DNA from: Raillietiella orientalis
Taxonomy: Eukaryota
DNA: 64,000 nucleotides
NCBI GenBank assembly: GCA_036172245.1
Contig: JAYWIR010000034.1
Span: forward strand, 806,001 to 870,000
Reading direction: 5' to 3'
The translations under genes were made by a program, and so were the position numbers. The notes below the pieces were generated by a model. The model had not been told where the DNA came from and did no database searches. It was given only the letters and a program-made list of their open reading frames with translations. Positions 62,050-64,000 of this stretch are shown here, piece after piece. Numbering within the stretch: the stretch's first letter is position 1; each line of letters opens with the position of its first letter.

Positions 62050-63600
62050 AAGGATGCTCGCTGTTAGCCGCTGTAGTCCGAATCTCTCAGATAGCTACCG
62101 TCATGCCGTCCTTCCTCAGGTATCTTTAGTCTGGGTGATGTTATCCAATATTTTGAAATCACCCACGACCACGATGATGTCTTTGGGCATGGTCTTGAAG
62201 CACAGAAGGGTCTGCACTGCCTCCTGACACCGATACTTTCCTTCGTGCAATCCGTGCATATTTACCAGGGATAGGTGGACGCTTCCGAACCAGGACATCT
62301 GGACTCCAACGATCCAGCAGGGCCATGGAGAAGTTTCCAAGTTGGCATGGAATATCTCATTCTTCACGAGGATCGCCACCCCTTTCGTCTTCTCGCCGGC
62401 ACTCACAAACAGTTTGGCGTCCAGGAGTCTCTAGAGTTCGAGACAGGTCTAGTGATCCGTCCTGTGGGTCTCCGACATGCTATGCCATCGTGCTCGATGG
62501 TGCGCATGATTCTTCTTTTCTCCTACTTCCTAATGACGTTGATGTTTTAGGAGGCAATCTGAAGGCTCCTGGAGGACTTCAGGAAGCAGACCATCGAGAT
62601 TTAAGTCGAGAATTTGCCTTTTTGTTTCTCCTTCTGCTTTGGAGACGCTGCTGGTCTCCTCTCCGCTTCTATTGTATCCCCTAGGTCGCCTTCCGTCTCT
62701 GCGTGGTCGGTGCTGTCTTTTGAGGGGTTGCTCTCTTGGGTTATACGCTAATTTCCTTAGCGCACAGCGTGGTCACCTCTCCAATTTGCATGAATTCGGT
62801 TTTCACCAAATTCAGTTGGCTACTCACACCCCGATGCCTACTGCTTCTCTTTGATCACGTAGATTTCTACCGGCGCTTCCGAAGAAGGAGGAAGCTCTTC
62901 TGCAATTTGCTCCCTCTTATTTGTTCTCTTCCTTTTAACCTCAGTGAATCCCGGGTCGCAAGCTTCTTTTGAGTTTTCTTTATTTCCTTTTCGTTCTCGT
63001 TCACTCCACGGAATGGGGACTGTCCCTGGCTGATCAGCCACTGCAAGCACCGCCTGCTCTCGTGCTTGGTATGTTCCGAGAACTTGCATTGATAGCATTG
63101 AGGCGGCCTCGAGCATGCGCGAATGAGGTGATCGTCCTGTCTTCACTTGTCATATCATGCCTTCGGGTAGGTGCGGACCTGTGCCTGAACTGCTTGTAAC
63201 CAGCGCAAAAGACAGGTAGCAGTCTATAGCGGATCAGAACATGCTGTTGGGAGTTGGCATCCTGTGCAGCAGTCTTCCATTCAGAACGATGCCCTGCTCT
63301 TTGATGGCCTCCTGTAGCTTCTCGTTCAGGATGAACACCATGAAGCCGATGGCGTACAGACAATCGCTTTGATGTTGTTGAAGTACACTGTTTCTCACAC
63401 GTGGCACGTAAATGTCTCATAGATTTGCGAGATGCTGGGTTCCTGTTTTAAAGGTCACCACCAGGAGATCTTTTTCAACCATTGGATTTCAAATAGGGAG
63501 GGTGTTGCTGCGCTGTGTTTACGGACGTGTCCGTCGCTGTCGCCGCGTACGACGCAGAAGGCATCGCTGCCCACTCTGACGCCTCCCTGAAGTTCAACTG
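62050..63600 (-). mobile_element. 5' part of an APE-type non-LTR element (ORF1 plus endonuclease), degraded
   Basis: Decayed knuckle 'FCAGYKQFRH' (~63180-63210), endonuclease start 'NINVIRK*EKRRI' (~62545), 'KGVAILVK' and 'IIVVVGDF' (ORF 62116-62406). Confidence 0.7.
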
Positions 63601-64000
63601 CAGGGATGCCTTCATGGCCGTTGCGGTCGCTGGAAACTGTGATCTTGATCAGCACAGAAGTCTTTATCTTTTCATTGTGCTCCAGTAAAATCCTAATGTC
63701 TCTAATTCCCGAAATGTGCAAATAACATTCATTCATTATCGTGGCATTTTTTTTAAATATATGAATTTACTCATTCTTATTTGTTCTAACTCCATTCGCT
63801 TTGGGTTTCAATGTAATTTTCATATTCAGAGAAAAATGAGTTATTCTTGTCTCACAAAAGATCAGTGTATCAAATTTCTGCGTATGAAGTTTACTTGTAT
63901 CAATTAAACAGTGAGAGCGCGTTTCTTTCAAATGAGAACCGGCTTTTCATTAGAAGGATTTAGGGTTTGTTGAGTTATCACGAAAATTGTTAAATTAAAT

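Overview
Eukaryotic (invertebrate animal) genomic DNA, not prokaryotic. I can reconstruct two spliced genes. (1) A prospero/Prox homeodomain gene on the minus strand (4 coding exons, 25099-34876). Its first intron is a 64-nt minor-spliceosome (U12, AT-AC) intron directly in front of the homeodomain, and the gene sits in a very GC/CpG-rich domain (~30-41 kb). (2) A RAD54B-type SNF2 helicase on the plus strand (at least 10 exons, 50178-55578), with mostly 42-51 nt introns. Most of the rest is decayed non-LTR retrotransposon sequence from two recognisable groups. One is an APE-endonuclease L1/Tx1-like family: five copies of its 3' end share an ORF2 C-terminal motif and a three-hairpin 3' UTR whose pairing is conserved while the sequence varies. 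The other is a co-oriented cluster of three restriction-like-endonuclease (NeSL/Utopia-like) elements at ~8.2-15.7 kb. I found no rRNA, tRNA, snRNA, CRISPR array or intact transposon ORF. Transposon boundaries are approximate. All homology calls come from motif recognition by eye, not database searches.
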